Below, in pieces: positions 25,930-34,985 of a stretch of 58,139 nt of DNA. The notes under the pieces were generated by a model, which made no database searches, was not told where the DNA came from, and was given only the letters and a program-made list of their open reading frames with translations. Every line of letters starts with the position of its first letter. The first letter of the stretch is position 1. Both the position numbers and the translations under genes were made by a program. Origin of the DNA: Actinomycetota bacterium (GTDB lineage: Bacteria; Actinomycetota; AC-67); NCBI GenBank assembly GCA_044866075.1, contig JBIOTQ010000001.1, positions 1 to 58,139 on the forward strand, given 5' to 3'.

Positions 25930-26265
25930 TTATCGACGCGATCTGAACGCGCGGAGCCAGCGGCGAGACCGGCCGTCGCGCGGGCTTGCGTCTTCCGGAT
26001 GGCTTCGCATGTAGTCGGCGATGAACGGACAGGCGGGTTCGACGGTCAATCCGCGAGACCGACAATCGTCGAGAGCCGCTTGGGTGAGGTGGCGACCGAA
26101 CCCCTGCCTGCCGAACGCGGGATCGATCTCGATGTACGACAACACGATGCGGGTCCCGGAAAGCCGGTAGTCGATGAACCCGACGTCGACCCCATCGATC
26201 GTCATCTCGTATCGAGATGCGGCTTTGTTATCGATGACTTGAACGGCTTGCTCGCGAGTCGTCAT
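25930..26265 (-). CDS. Small GNAT acetyltransferase (YjdJ-like)
   Basis: DN..ASRYE, QGFG..L...ALD and PACPFIADY...HPE. Confidence 0.8.
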   Translation of the reverse strand: MTTREQAVQVIDNKAASRYEMTIDGVDVGFIDYRLSGTRIVLSYIEIDPAFGRQGFGRHLTQAALDDCRSRGLTVEPACPFIADYMRSHPEDASPRDGRSRRWLRAFRSRR

Positions 26266-26298
26266 GCTTGATTATCGCTTCCCGTCCTTCATCCGAAG

Positions 26299-26387
26299 CG
26301 GAGGGCGAGGGACTCGAACCCCCACGCCGCCTCTCGGCGGCTCAGCAGTTTTCAAGACTGCCCGGTTGCCAATTACCGTAGCCCTCC
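26299..26387 (-). tRNA. tRNA-Ser(TGA)
   Basis: GGAGGGC acceptor stem, CTTGAAA anticodon loop, long variable arm, TTCGAGT. Confidence 0.93.
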
Positions 26388-26429
26388 GCGGAACAGGGTA
26401 TCTCAGGCAGAAATCGCCGCCGCAGTAAG

Positions 26430-29400
26430 TCAGCGGAGGGGGCGGTCTGGCAATGTCGGATCTTCGAGCCAGAGCGTCCAGCCGATCTCCATCAAGCGCT
26501 TCCGCGCGTCGCGGGCGGCTTGCACGCCACCGGCGGCCTCGGGCCCGAGCAGGCGGTTCGCGAACCACACGGCCCGCGCGTAGCCGTTGGGTCGCACGCC
26601 CTGGCTCTGGATCTCGATGAACCGTGCCGCGGCGGCCTGCGCGGTCGCGCGGTCGCCGGCGTCGTACGCGAGGAGTGCCTTCGCGCGTTGCGCGCCGGTC
26701 TCGTAGTCGAGGTCGACGATCGCGGCGGCCTCGTCCAGGATCGTCAGCGCTTCGTCCGCTCGCCCTTGGGCGCGGAGCGTCATCGCCAGCTCGGGCGCGA
26801 CGAAACCGATGAGCTGGCGGTCGCCGAGCCGCTTGAGGATTCCGACGGCCTCGCGCAGGACCACCTCGGCGTCGTGCGCACGCCCCGACATGCGGAGGAT
26901 CTCACCGTTGTCGCCCATCGCGCTCGCGGTCTCCCACTGCGCGCCGAGCTCTCGGAATGCCGCCACGGACGATTCGATGTGACCGAGCGCTCCCGGAAGG
27001 TCTCCCGATGCGGCAAGCGCGTTCGCGAGCGCCTGGTCGGCCACCGCCGTGGTGAACGGATCGTTGGCCTGGCGGCCGACGGCGAGCGCTTCCTCCAGAA
27101 GCGGCTTGTAGAAGGACAGTGGTTCGCTGGTCTGGCTCGTGTTGGCGATGAACGTCAGCGCCCGGGCCTCCGCCCAGGGATCGCCGTGCGGATTGGAGCG
27201 CGCCACCTGAAGAGCTTCCTCGAACATCTCACGCGCCGTCTGGAAGTCGTGGCGCATGTACGGGACCCAGCCGGCGACGAGGAGGGAACGCGCCAGCGCG
27301 AAAGGCATGTCCTCCGCCGAGAGCCCTCGCGCCGCCGGGAGGGCCTTCCCGAAATGCCGCTCGGCGCTGTCGATGTCGGCGTCGATGTTGAGGTCGATGT
27401 CGCCCAGGAAGCGGTGCGCGACGCTGCACGTCCACCTATCGTCGGGGGCGACCCGCAAGGAGCGGTTCAGCTCCTCGCGCGCGCGATCGTACTCGCCGAT
27501 CCAGTAACAGGCCTCGCCGATCCCGCAGAGCATGTGCGCCTCGCGGACGGTCCACCGCTCCTCGGGTCCGCCGAGCGCGAGCCCTCGCTCGTACAGATCG
27601 ATCGCGGTGCGCAGCTCCATCCGGCGCCGCGCGGTGTCGCCGGCGACCAGCAGCGCGTCGGCGGCGCGTTCTGCGATGGCGCGATCCGACGGGTCGAGGT
27701 CGAGGGATGCGCGCGCCGCGCGCTCGAGGTGATACGCGAGCGCCGACGGGTACCGCTTCTCCGAGATGAGACGATCCGCGAGCGCGAGGTGGAGCCGCAG
27801 CCTCTCGCGCTTCGGCAGCGAGTCGTAAGCGACGTCGCGGACGACCTCGTGGTTGAAGCGCCAGATCTCGGGGCGTTGCCGGTCGCGCACGAGGAGCTCT
27901 TCGTCCTCGAGGCGGGATAGGGCTTCCTCTGTCGGGTCGTCCGCCACGATCGCGAGCTCCGCCGCGTGGAACGTCGAGCGTGCGAACACCGACGCCTTAC
28001 GGACGAGATCGCGTGACCGGGGGTCGAGGTGGTCGATGCGCGCGGCCACGACCGCCTGCACGGTAGCCGGGAGCGGCGGTGAGCCGTCCACGGGCTCGGG
28101 TGCGTCGGGCGTGGTTCGCTCGTGCAGCAGCATGCCGGTCGTCTCGACGATGAAGAACGGATTGCCGCCGGCGTGCCGTGCGACGCGCTCCGCGGTTCTT
28201 TCGTCGAGCGAACCTGCGGCGGCGCGCGCCAGCTCGATCGATTCCCCGGGCGGAAGGGGCTCGAGCCGTATCGTATTCGCGTCGGACAGGCCGCCGGGCC
28301 ACCCCGGCCGCGTTTCGAGCATCTCGTCACGGCCAACGCACATGAGGAGAACGGGAATGCGCCGCGCGCGAGCGGCTAGCTGCTCGAGGAGCTCGAGGAG
28401 CTCGGGACGCGCCAACTCCATCTCGTCGATCGCGAGAACGATCGGCTTGTGGAGCGAGAGGCACACGAGGAACGACACGAGGCCCGCACGCACCATGGCT
28501 ATGCGGTAGGGACGGTCGGTTTTCTGCTCGGGCCCGATCTCGAGCGCGAGCTCCAGGTGCGACGCGGTCGTCTCGACCTCCTCGGGACGGCAGACGTCCT
28601 CGAGCAGCGACCGCAGCAGCTTCGCCTCGTCCTCGGGAGCCGACGACGCATCCGAGCCCATCTCGCCGCGGATCATGTCGGCCAGCGGAGCGAACGGCGC
28701 GTCCTCTTCGAACCGGCTCACGCGCCCGCGCAGGACGCGAACGTCGTCCCCCAGCGATTCGATGAAGTAGTCGACGAGGCGGCTCTTTCCGATGCCCGGC
28801 TCCCCTATCAAGGTCACGAGGTGGAGGCGGGACGTCTCTCGCGCGCGCCCCAGCGTTTCGGTCAGGAGCGTCAGCTCCCGGCGCCGCCCGACGAGGGGGA
28901 TCGTGCGTCGCGCGCTGCGCTCGGATAGCGAAACGACCGGCCAGACGGTCACGGGGTCCGGGAAGCCCTTCGCCTCGATCGGACGCGAGGCCCCGGTCGC
29001 GATCGACCCTGCCGTGAGCTGACGCGTGGTCTCGCCGACGAGGATCTCGCCCGGCTCGGCCGCCTGCTGCAGACGGGCGGCGAGGTTGACCGTCGGGCCC
29101 GACACGAACAGCTGATCCGCCGGTCCGGCGCCCACAACGGCAGGTCCCGAGGCGACGCCGACGCGCACCCGCAGCGGGGCCGGGAGGTTGAGCTCGTCAC
29201 TCAGCCGCGCCGCACGCTCCTGGATCTCCCACGCCGCCCGAACCGCTCGGAGCGCGTCGTCGTCGTGCGCCCGCACCATCCCGAAGACGGCCATGACGGC
29301 GTCGCCGGCGAACTTCTCGACGCGGCCGCGCAGCGCGCTCAGGCACTCGGACGCGGTGCGGAAGAATCCCGCCTGCACCTCGCGGAAGCGTTCGGGATCA

Positions 29401-29561
29401 AGCGCGGACGCGAGCGTGGTCGAATCGGTCAGGTCGGCGAAGAGGACCGAGACGATCTTCCGCTCGGCCGAAACGGGGACCTCCGTCGGGGCGCCGCAGC
29501 GCGGGCAGAAGCGCGCCGAGGCGGGAAGGTCCTCGCCGCAGCGAGAGCACACATCGGCCAT
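26430..29561 (-). CDS. Zinc-ribbon + class III cyclase + AAA/STAND ATPase + TPR protein
   Basis: CSRCG..CPRCG; FADLTDST, EKFAGDAVM, VNLAARLQ; GEPGIGKS; GGNPFF. Confidence 0.9.
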   Translation of the reverse strand: MADVCSRCGEDLPASARFCPRCGAPTEVPVSAERKIVSVLFADLTDSTTLASALDPERFREVQAGFFRTASECLSALRGRVEKFAGDAVMAVFGMVRAHDDDALRAVRAAWEIQERAARLSDELNLPAPLRVRVGVASGPAVVGAGPADQLFVSGPTVNLAARLQQAAEPGEILVGETTRQLTAGSIATGASRPIEAKGFPDPVTVWPVVSLSERSARRTIPLVGRRRELTLLTETLGRARETSRLHLVTLIGEPGIGKSRLVDYFIESLGDDVRVLRGRVSRFEEDAPFAPLADMIRGEMGSDASSAPEDEAKLLRSLLEDVCRPEEVETTASHLELALEIGPEQKTDRPYRIAMVRAGLVSFLVCLSLHKPIVLAIDEMELARPELLELLEQLAARARRIPVLLMCVGRDEMLETRPGWPGGLSDANTIRLEPLPPGESIELARAAAGSLDERTAERVARHAGGNPFFIVETTGMLLHERTTPDAPEPVDGSPPLPATVQAVVAARIDHLDPRSRDLVRKASVFARSTFHAAELAIVADDPTEEALSRLEDEELLVRDRQRPEIWRFNHEVVRDVAYDSLPKRERLRLHLALADRLISEKRYPSALAYHLERAARASLDLDPSDRAIAERAADALLVAGDTARRRMELRTAIDLYERGLALGGPEERWTVREAHMLCGIGEACYWIGEYDRAREELNRSLRVAPDDRWTCSVAHRFLGDIDLNIDADIDSAERHFGKALPAARGLSAEDMPFALARSLLVAGWVPYMRHDFQTAREMFEEALQVARSNPHGDPWAEARALTFIANTSQTSEPLSFYKPLLEEALAVGRQANDPFTTAVADQALANALAASGDLPGALGHIESSVAAFRELGAQWETASAMGDNGEILRMSGRAHDAEVVLREAVGILKRLGDRQLIGFVAPELAMTLRAQGRADEALTILDEAAAIVDLDYETGAQRAKALLAYDAGDRATAQAAAARFIEIQSQGVRPNGYARAVWFANRLLGPEAAGGVQAARDARKRLMEIGWTLWLEDPTLPDRPLR

Positions 29562-29670
29562 GTCTTGAGCATAAACGCCGCCCCCGACGCGGGGATTCCT
29601 CTTGTCTGAACCTGCGGGCTTCGGGCTCCGTATGCCGGGGTAGGAGCCCCGGGGACGATGGGAGGTTTTG

Positions 29671-30171
29671 ATGCTCAGGCTCCGTTTATTGCCACTGATC
29701 GCGGTCCTCGCGCTGGCGGCCGCCGCGTGCGGTAACGACAACACGACCACGCCGTCGAGCCAGTCCTCGACGCCCCCGGCGTCGACGGCGTCCCCGCTGA
29801 ACAACCACGGGACGAAGGACGTGTCGTCGATGACCAATTTCACGATCGAGCAGGACGACAACTACTTCGAGCCGACCTTCATGAAGGTGAAGGACGGTCA
29901 GAAGCTGTCGATCGAGCTCGAGAACGAAGGCAGCAATCAACACACGTTCACGATCACGGCCATGAACATCGATCAGGTCGTCGACCCGGGTCAAAAGAAA
30001 GAGATAGAGATCACATTCTCGGGCACGAACGACATCGCGTTCTTCTGTCGCTTCCATGGCGCCAGTGGGATGCGCGGCGCGTTCTTCTTCGGAAGCGCGC
30101 CGACGGACGCGGCCGCCGGCGGGAGCGGCGGGTCGAGCGGAGGATCGTCGGGAACTCCGGACAAGTACTAA
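29671..30171 (+). CDS. Cupredoxin-domain lipoprotein
   Basis: Lipobox AAAC; type-1 Cu ligand pattern H(TF)...C-RF-H-GASG-M. Confidence 0.85.
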   Translation: MLRLRLLPLIAVLALAAAACGNDNTTTPSSQSSTPPASTASPLNNHGTKDVSSMTNFTIEQDDNYFEPTFMKVKDGQKLSIELENEGSNQHTFTITAMNIDQVVDPGQKKEIEITFSGTNDIAFFCRFHGASGMRGAFFFGSAPTDAAAGGSGGSSGGSSGTPDKY

Positions 30172-30186
30172 GCCCATCCCGCAAGC

Positions 30187-30225
30187 CGGACGGCCTGCCC
30201 TCCAGGGGGGTGGGTCGTCCGTTTC
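30187..30225. terminator. Hairpin terminator between cupredoxin and serS
   Basis: cggacggcctgccctcc pairs with gggggtgggtcgtccg, then tttc. Confidence 0.55.
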
Positions 30226-31481
30226 TAACGTCCAAGGACTTCGAAGCCGGTATACGGACGGAGCGCGTCGGGGATGGCGACGGTCCCGTCGGCCTGCTGG
30301 TGGTTCTCGATGATCGCGATGATCGCACGCCCCACGGCGATGGCGGTTCCGTTCAGCGTGTGGACGAGCTGAGGACCCGACTCGGCGCGGATGCGCGTCT
30401 GTAACCGACGCGCTTGGTAGTCGGTGCAGTTCGAGCACGACGTGACCTCGCGGTAAGCGCTTTGTCCTGGCATCCACGCCTCGACGTCGTACTTCTTCGC
30501 GGCCGATGCGCCGAGCTCGCCGGCGCAGATGTTGACGACGCGGTATGGGACCTCGAGCGCGGAGAAGATCTCTTCCTGCCGGGCGAGCAGGAACTCATGC
30601 TCGACCCAAGACTGCCCGGCGAGCGCGAACGAGAACATCTCGACCTTGTCGAACTGATGAACGCGGAAGATGCCGCGCGTGTCCTTGCCGTAGGCGCCGG
30701 CCTCGCGACGGAAGCACGTCGAGATCCCGCAGTAGCGCAGAGGGAGCCGCGCGGCGTCGAGGAACTCGTCCTGGTGCATCGCCGCGATCGAGACCTCGCT
30801 GGTGCCGACGAGGTACAGCTCATCGTCGGCGAGCCGGTAGATCTGCTGCTCGTCCGTCGGGAGGAAACCGGTTCCTTCCATCGCCTCGCGCCGCACGAGC
30901 ACCGGCGGGACCACCGGCGTGAAACCGTGTGCGCCCAATGTGTCGACCGCGAACCGAACGAGCGAGAGCTCCAGTACGGCCGCTTGCCCGAGGAGGGACG
31001 CGAAACGCGCGCCCGACGCCTTGGCGGCGCGCTCGGTGTCGATCACGCCGAGCGCTTGCCCGATATCGAGGTGATCCTTCGGATCGAAGTCGAAGGATGG
31101 CGGTGACCCGACGACACGGACCTCTTCGTTGTTTTCGTCGCCCGCGCCCTCGGGGACGGACTCGTGCGGAATGTTCGGCACCTCGAGCAACACCGTCCGC
31201 AGCTCCTCGGCCGTCGCTTCCTCGTCCGCGGCCGTCGTCTTGATCTCGTCGGAGAGCTTCTTCATCTCGTCGAGCAACGTCTGCTTGTCGTCGCCTTTGA
31301 GATCGCGGACGCGCGCCGACTCCTCTTTCTGGCGCCGGCGCGCCTCGTCCCTCGACACCTGCAAGGAGCGCCGCTTCCTGTCGAGCTCGAGGATCCGGTC
31401 GATGGGCGGGTCGATCCCGCGGCGAGCGAGGGCCGCGCGCACCGGCTCGGGGTCCGAGCGGATGAGAGAGATATCGATCAT
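30225..31481 (-). CDS. serS: Serine--tRNA ligase
   Basis: LVGTSE, CFRREAG, RVHQFDKVE, SCSNCTDYQARRL and HTLNGT. Confidence 0.97.
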   Translation of the reverse strand: MIDISLIRSDPEPVRAALARRGIDPPIDRILELDRKRRSLQVSRDEARRRQKEESARVRDLKGDDKQTLLDEMKKLSDEIKTTAADEEATAEELRTVLLEVPNIPHESVPEGAGDENNEEVRVVGSPPSFDFDPKDHLDIGQALGVIDTERAAKASGARFASLLGQAAVLELSLVRFAVDTLGAHGFTPVVPPVLVRREAMEGTGFLPTDEQQIYRLADDELYLVGTSEVSIAAMHQDEFLDAARLPLRYCGISTCFRREAGAYGKDTRGIFRVHQFDKVEMFSFALAGQSWVEHEFLLARQEEIFSALEVPYRVVNICAGELGASAAKKYDVEAWMPGQSAYREVTSCSNCTDYQARRLQTRIRAESGPQLVHTLNGTAIAVGRAIIAIIENHQQADGTVAIPDALRPYTGFEVLGR

Positions 31482-32320
31482 GCGAGCTCGGCCCGAGGGT
31501 ACGAGCCCATCACTTTCACGTCGAGGATCTTCGTCCGCAGGCCGGCGATGGCGTGCGTGACGTTGGGATCGTCGGCGTGGCCTTCGACGTCGATGAAGAA
31601 GCAATACTCACCGAGCCGCTCCTTGGTCGGCCGCGACTCCAGCTTCGTCAGGTTGATGCCGCGGTCGGAGAACTCGTGCAGGATCGCGAGCAGCGCGCCG
31701 GGACGATCCTTCTCGATGAAGCACACGAGGCTCGTCTTGTCGCTGCCCGTGGGCGGGACGGCGTCGCGGCCGACGAGGACGAAGCGTGTCGTGTTCTCGC
31801 GGCGGTCCTCGATGTCGGGCGCCAGCGTCTCGAGCCCGTACAACTGCGCGGCGAGCTGCGTCCCGATCGCCGCCCAGGGCTCGATCGGCCCGCGCTCGGC
31901 GACGATCTGCGCAGCCTCGGCCGTGGAGTTCGCCGCGCGCACTTCCGCCTTCGGCAGCGTTTCGGCCAGGAACTTCCGGCACTGCGCCGTCGCGTGCGGA
32001 TGAGAGACCACGACCACGATCTCGTCGACGGTCACGCTCTTGCGCGCGAGCAGCGCGTGACGAACCGGGAGGATGATCTCGCGCTGGATCGTCACCGACG
32101 TCGCGTCGAACGCGAGCGTGTCCAGCGTCACGTTTACCGAGCCCTCGATCGAGTTCTCGATCGGAACCATGCCGCCGTCGACCTCGCCGCTCTCGACGGC
32201 GGCGATGACCTCGGGGACGGTCTGCATCGGCAGCGGTTCGGCCGTCGCGCCCTCCGGGGAGGACAGCAGAGCCTCCTCTGTGAAGGTTCCGGGCGGGCCG
32301 AGGTAGGCGAGACGCGTCAC
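31478..32320 (-). CDS. pheA: Prephenate dehydratase
   Basis: YLGPPGTF, PIENSIEGSV, NTTRF and ACT domain LTKLESRP. Confidence 0.96.
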   Translation of the reverse strand: MTRLAYLGPPGTFTEEALLSSPEGATAEPLPMQTVPEVIAAVESGEVDGGMVPIENSIEGSVNVTLDTLAFDATSVTIQREIILPVRHALLARKSVTVDEIVVVVSHPHATAQCRKFLAETLPKAEVRAANSTAEAAQIVAERGPIEPWAAIGTQLAAQLYGLETLAPDIEDRRENTTRFVLVGRDAVPPTGSDKTSLVCFIEKDRPGALLAILHEFSDRGINLTKLESRPTKERLGEYCFFIDVEGHADDPNVTHAIAGLRTKILDVKVMGSYPRAELA

Positions 32321-32793
32321 GACGACCGGTACCGCGACGCGATGGCGCGGCGGATGGCTTCCTGCTCTTCGTTCGAAAGGTGGTAGCGGCTGGCGCCGCG
32401 CTCGATCGGCTTCGCGTAGATGCGCGTCTCCTGCCGGCCGTTGATCGACGTCAGGATGAAGCCGTCGCCGTCGGCGTCCAGCAAAGCCGCGGCGAACGAG
32501 AGGTGGCCGCCCATGTCCTCGAAGGCGTCGAAGCGAACCAGGCCCACGTGCTGGACGGAGACGCGCGCGACGAGCTCCAGGTCCTCGACGCGCTTCGTCA
32601 CCTCGGCGAGCTGGCGGACGACGTCCTCGGCCTCGTCGAGGGCCGGCTCCCCGCGGCCGGACTGGAGGACGCGGAGCGCCCGGCGGAGCTTTCGTACGCG
32701 CAACGTCGACCGCACCGCGAACGCGAACGCGACGACCGCGACGCCTCCGGCGGCAACGGCGACGATGGAAAGGATCTCAGGATCGAGCTTCAT
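32317..32793 (-). CDS. DUF4446-like membrane-anchored protein
   Basis: N-terminal TM; VGLVRFDAF..MGG.LSF..ALLD..G.G, R.YAKP and LS.EE. Confidence 0.8.
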   Translation of the reverse strand: MKLDPEILSIVAVAAGGVAVVAFAFAVRSTLRVRKLRRALRVLQSGRGEPALDEAEDVVRQLAEVTKRVEDLELVARVSVQHVGLVRFDAFEDMGGHLSFAAALLDADGDGFILTSINGRQETRIYAKPIERGASRYHLSNEEQEAIRRAIASRYRSS

Positions 32794-32943
32794 GACGTTG
32801 CGCCTTCGGGGTTCGGGGGCTCATGTAGCGAAGCGATAGCCCCCGATCTGATCGGGAACGAAAGCGAGTATATCCGGCGCCAACAGCGAGATTCGAACCG
32901 GTTGGGACTGCCGGTTTTCGTGCTCCGCCGTTAGGATGAGCCG

Positions 32944-33699
32944 GTGGACCGGCCCTCGCTCGACGCGCTCCTCGACGCCGTGGCGCTCGGTCAGGTCACA
33001 CCCGCCGAAGCCGCTCAACGGCTCGAGAGACTTCCGTTCGTCGATCTCCGCTTCGCCAAGGTCGACACGCACCGGCAGTTGCGGACTGGGATGCCGGAGG
33101 TCGTGTATGCGCCCGGGAAGTCGACGGAGCAGATCGTCGGGATCACGAATGCGTTGCTCGCCGAGCCCGGCGGTCCCATCCTCGTCACGCGCGCCTCTCC
33201 CGACGTCTTCGACGCGCTGCGCAGGTTCACGCCGGAGGCCACCTACAGCGAACTCGGCCGGACGGTCGTGCTGCGCTGGGAGGTCGGCGCGCCGATCGGC
33301 TCGGTCGGCGTCGTCACGGCGGGGACGTCGGACCTGGCCGTCGCCGAGGAGGCGGCGATCACGCTCGAAGCGACGTGCGTGAAAGTCGACCGCATCGCCG
33401 ACGTCGGCGTCGCCGGCCTGCACCGGTTGCTCTCGGTGTCCGACCGGCTGCGCGACGCCGATGTATTGATCGTCGTCGCCGGGATGGAGGGCGCGCTGCC
33501 GTCGCTCGTCGGCGGGATGGTGACGTGCCCGGTGATCGCGGTCCCGACATCGGTGGGGTACGGATCGTCTTTCGGCGGCCTCGCGGCTTTGCTCGCGATG
33601 CTCAACTCGTGCGCGCCGGGAATCGCGGTCATGAACATCGACAACGGCTTCGGCGCCGCGGCACTGGCCGTGCGCATGCTGCGCGCCCGCGCGACGTGA
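32944..33699 (+). CDS. larB: Nickel-pincer cofactor biosynthesis protein LarB
   Basis: AKVD.HR..R.G.PEV, AGTSD, DVGVAGLHRL, AGMEGAL, VPTSVGYG, LNSC and NIDNGFGA. Confidence 0.93.
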   Translation: MDRPSLDALLDAVALGQVTPAEAAQRLERLPFVDLRFAKVDTHRQLRTGMPEVVYAPGKSTEQIVGITNALLAEPGGPILVTRASPDVFDALRRFTPEATYSELGRTVVLRWEVGAPIGSVGVVTAGTSDLAVAEEAAITLEATCVKVDRIADVGVAGLHRLLSVSDRLRDADVLIVVAGMEGALPSLVGGMVTCPVIAVPTSVGYGSSFGGLAALLAMLNSCAPGIAVMNIDNGFGAAALAVRMLRARAT

Positions 33700-33709
33700 C
33701 CCGAACCAT

Positions 33710-34897
33710 ATGACGACGGTCGCGTTCTTCGACTGCTTCTCCGGCATCGCGGGCGACATGGTGCTGGGAGCATTGGTCGACGCCGGCGTGCCGCTCGAGG
33801 TGGTCGTCGCGCCGCTCGACAAGATCCCGCTCGAACCGTTCCAGCTCGAGGCCGTGCGCGTCGAACGCCACGGGATCTCGGCGACGGCGGTTCGCGTGCG
33901 CAGCGCCGAGTCGGGCGTGCTGCGCACCTACGCGAGCGTCCGCGCTTTGATCGCCGAGGCCGCGCTGTCACCGCGCGCGAAACAACTCGCGCTCGACATC
34001 GTGCAGCGCCTGGCCGAAGCCGAGGCGACCGTGCACGGCAAGGACGTCGCGCACGTGCCGTTCCACGAGCTCGGCGCCGTCGACACAATCGTCGACATCG
34101 TCGGGGCCGCGATCGGCCTCGACCACCTGGCGGTCGAACGCGTCCACGCGTCCGCGGTCGCGACCGGCATGGGCATGATGAAGACCGACCACGGCCTGTA
34201 CCCGATCCCGGGCCCGGCGGTGGTCGAGCTGCTGAAAGGCGTCCCGATCTACTCTCGCGGCATCCCGAGCGAGCTCGTCACACCGACCGGCGCGGCGATC
34301 CTCGCGGCCACCTCGGTCTCGTTCGGCGAGATGCCGGCGATGCGTGTGGAGCGCATCGGGTACGGCGCCGGGACGCGCGAGCTCGACATCCCCAACGTGG
34401 TCCGGCTGCTGGTCGGCCGGTCTATCGAGGACGAAACGGTATTCGGCCCGGTCCCGGCGCTAGTTCTGGAGGCCAACATCGACGACATGAACCCGGAGTT
34501 CTACGAGTACGTGCTCGAGCGGCTGTTCTCGGCCGGAGCGCAGGACGCGTGGGTGACGCCCATCACGATGAAGCACGGCCGGCCGGCCGCGACCTTGCAC
34601 GTGCTTTGCGGGCCCGGCGACGAGGAGCGCTGCCGAGACGTCATCTTCGCCGAGACGACGACGCTCGGATTGCGCCGCCGCGCGATCGAGAAATGGACGC
34701 TGCCCCGCGAGCTCATGACCGTGGAGCTCGACGGCGGCAACGTCCGCGTCAAGATCGCCCGCAACGCCGCGGGAACGGTGACGGGCATCGCGCCCGAGTA
34801 CGCGGACTGCGCCTCGCTCGCGCGCGAGACGGGGCGTCCCCTTAAACAGGTCTTCGCGGAAGCGCACGCGGCCGCAACCGATCAGCTGCGTGTCTAA
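33710..34897 (+). CDS. larC: Nickel insertase LarC
   Basis: FDCFSGIAGDM, FHE.GA.D..VDIVG, ELVTPTGAA, GYGAG, NIDD, ETTTLG.R and PEY.DC. Confidence 0.93.
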   Translation: MTTVAFFDCFSGIAGDMVLGALVDAGVPLEVVVAPLDKIPLEPFQLEAVRVERHGISATAVRVRSAESGVLRTYASVRALIAEAALSPRAKQLALDIVQRLAEAEATVHGKDVAHVPFHELGAVDTIVDIVGAAIGLDHLAVERVHASAVATGMGMMKTDHGLYPIPGPAVVELLKGVPIYSRGIPSELVTPTGAAILAATSVSFGEMPAMRVERIGYGAGTRELDIPNVVRLLVGRSIEDETVFGPVPALVLEANIDDMNPEFYEYVLERLFSAGAQDAWVTPITMKHGRPAATLHVLCGPGDEERCRDVIFAETTTLGLRRRAIEKWTLPRELMTVELDGGNVRVKIARNAAGTVTGIAPEYADCASLARETGRPLKQVFAEAHAAATDQLRV

Positions 34898-34917
34898 CTG
34901 CCACCCGGATCGGAGAC

Positions 34918-34969
34918 CGTTCTCGCATTAGAGATACTCGCTATGCGGGTGTAAATCACTACGAGAACG
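34918..34969. repeat. Imperfect long hairpin (REP-like) between convergent genes
   Basis: cgttctcg...cgagaacg outer stem; actcgc-tat-gcgggt inner stem. Confidence 0.5.
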
Positions 34970-34985
34970 TCACAGGGCAATCATC

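Noticed and set aside
23462-29861. Apparent long N-terminal extensions in the ORF track (23462-25192, 26430-29861; also 3203-5413, 36070-37848, 50605-52887)
   Set aside because: The extensions overlap real neighbouring genes, and downstream starts fit family N-termini and SD or -10 signals
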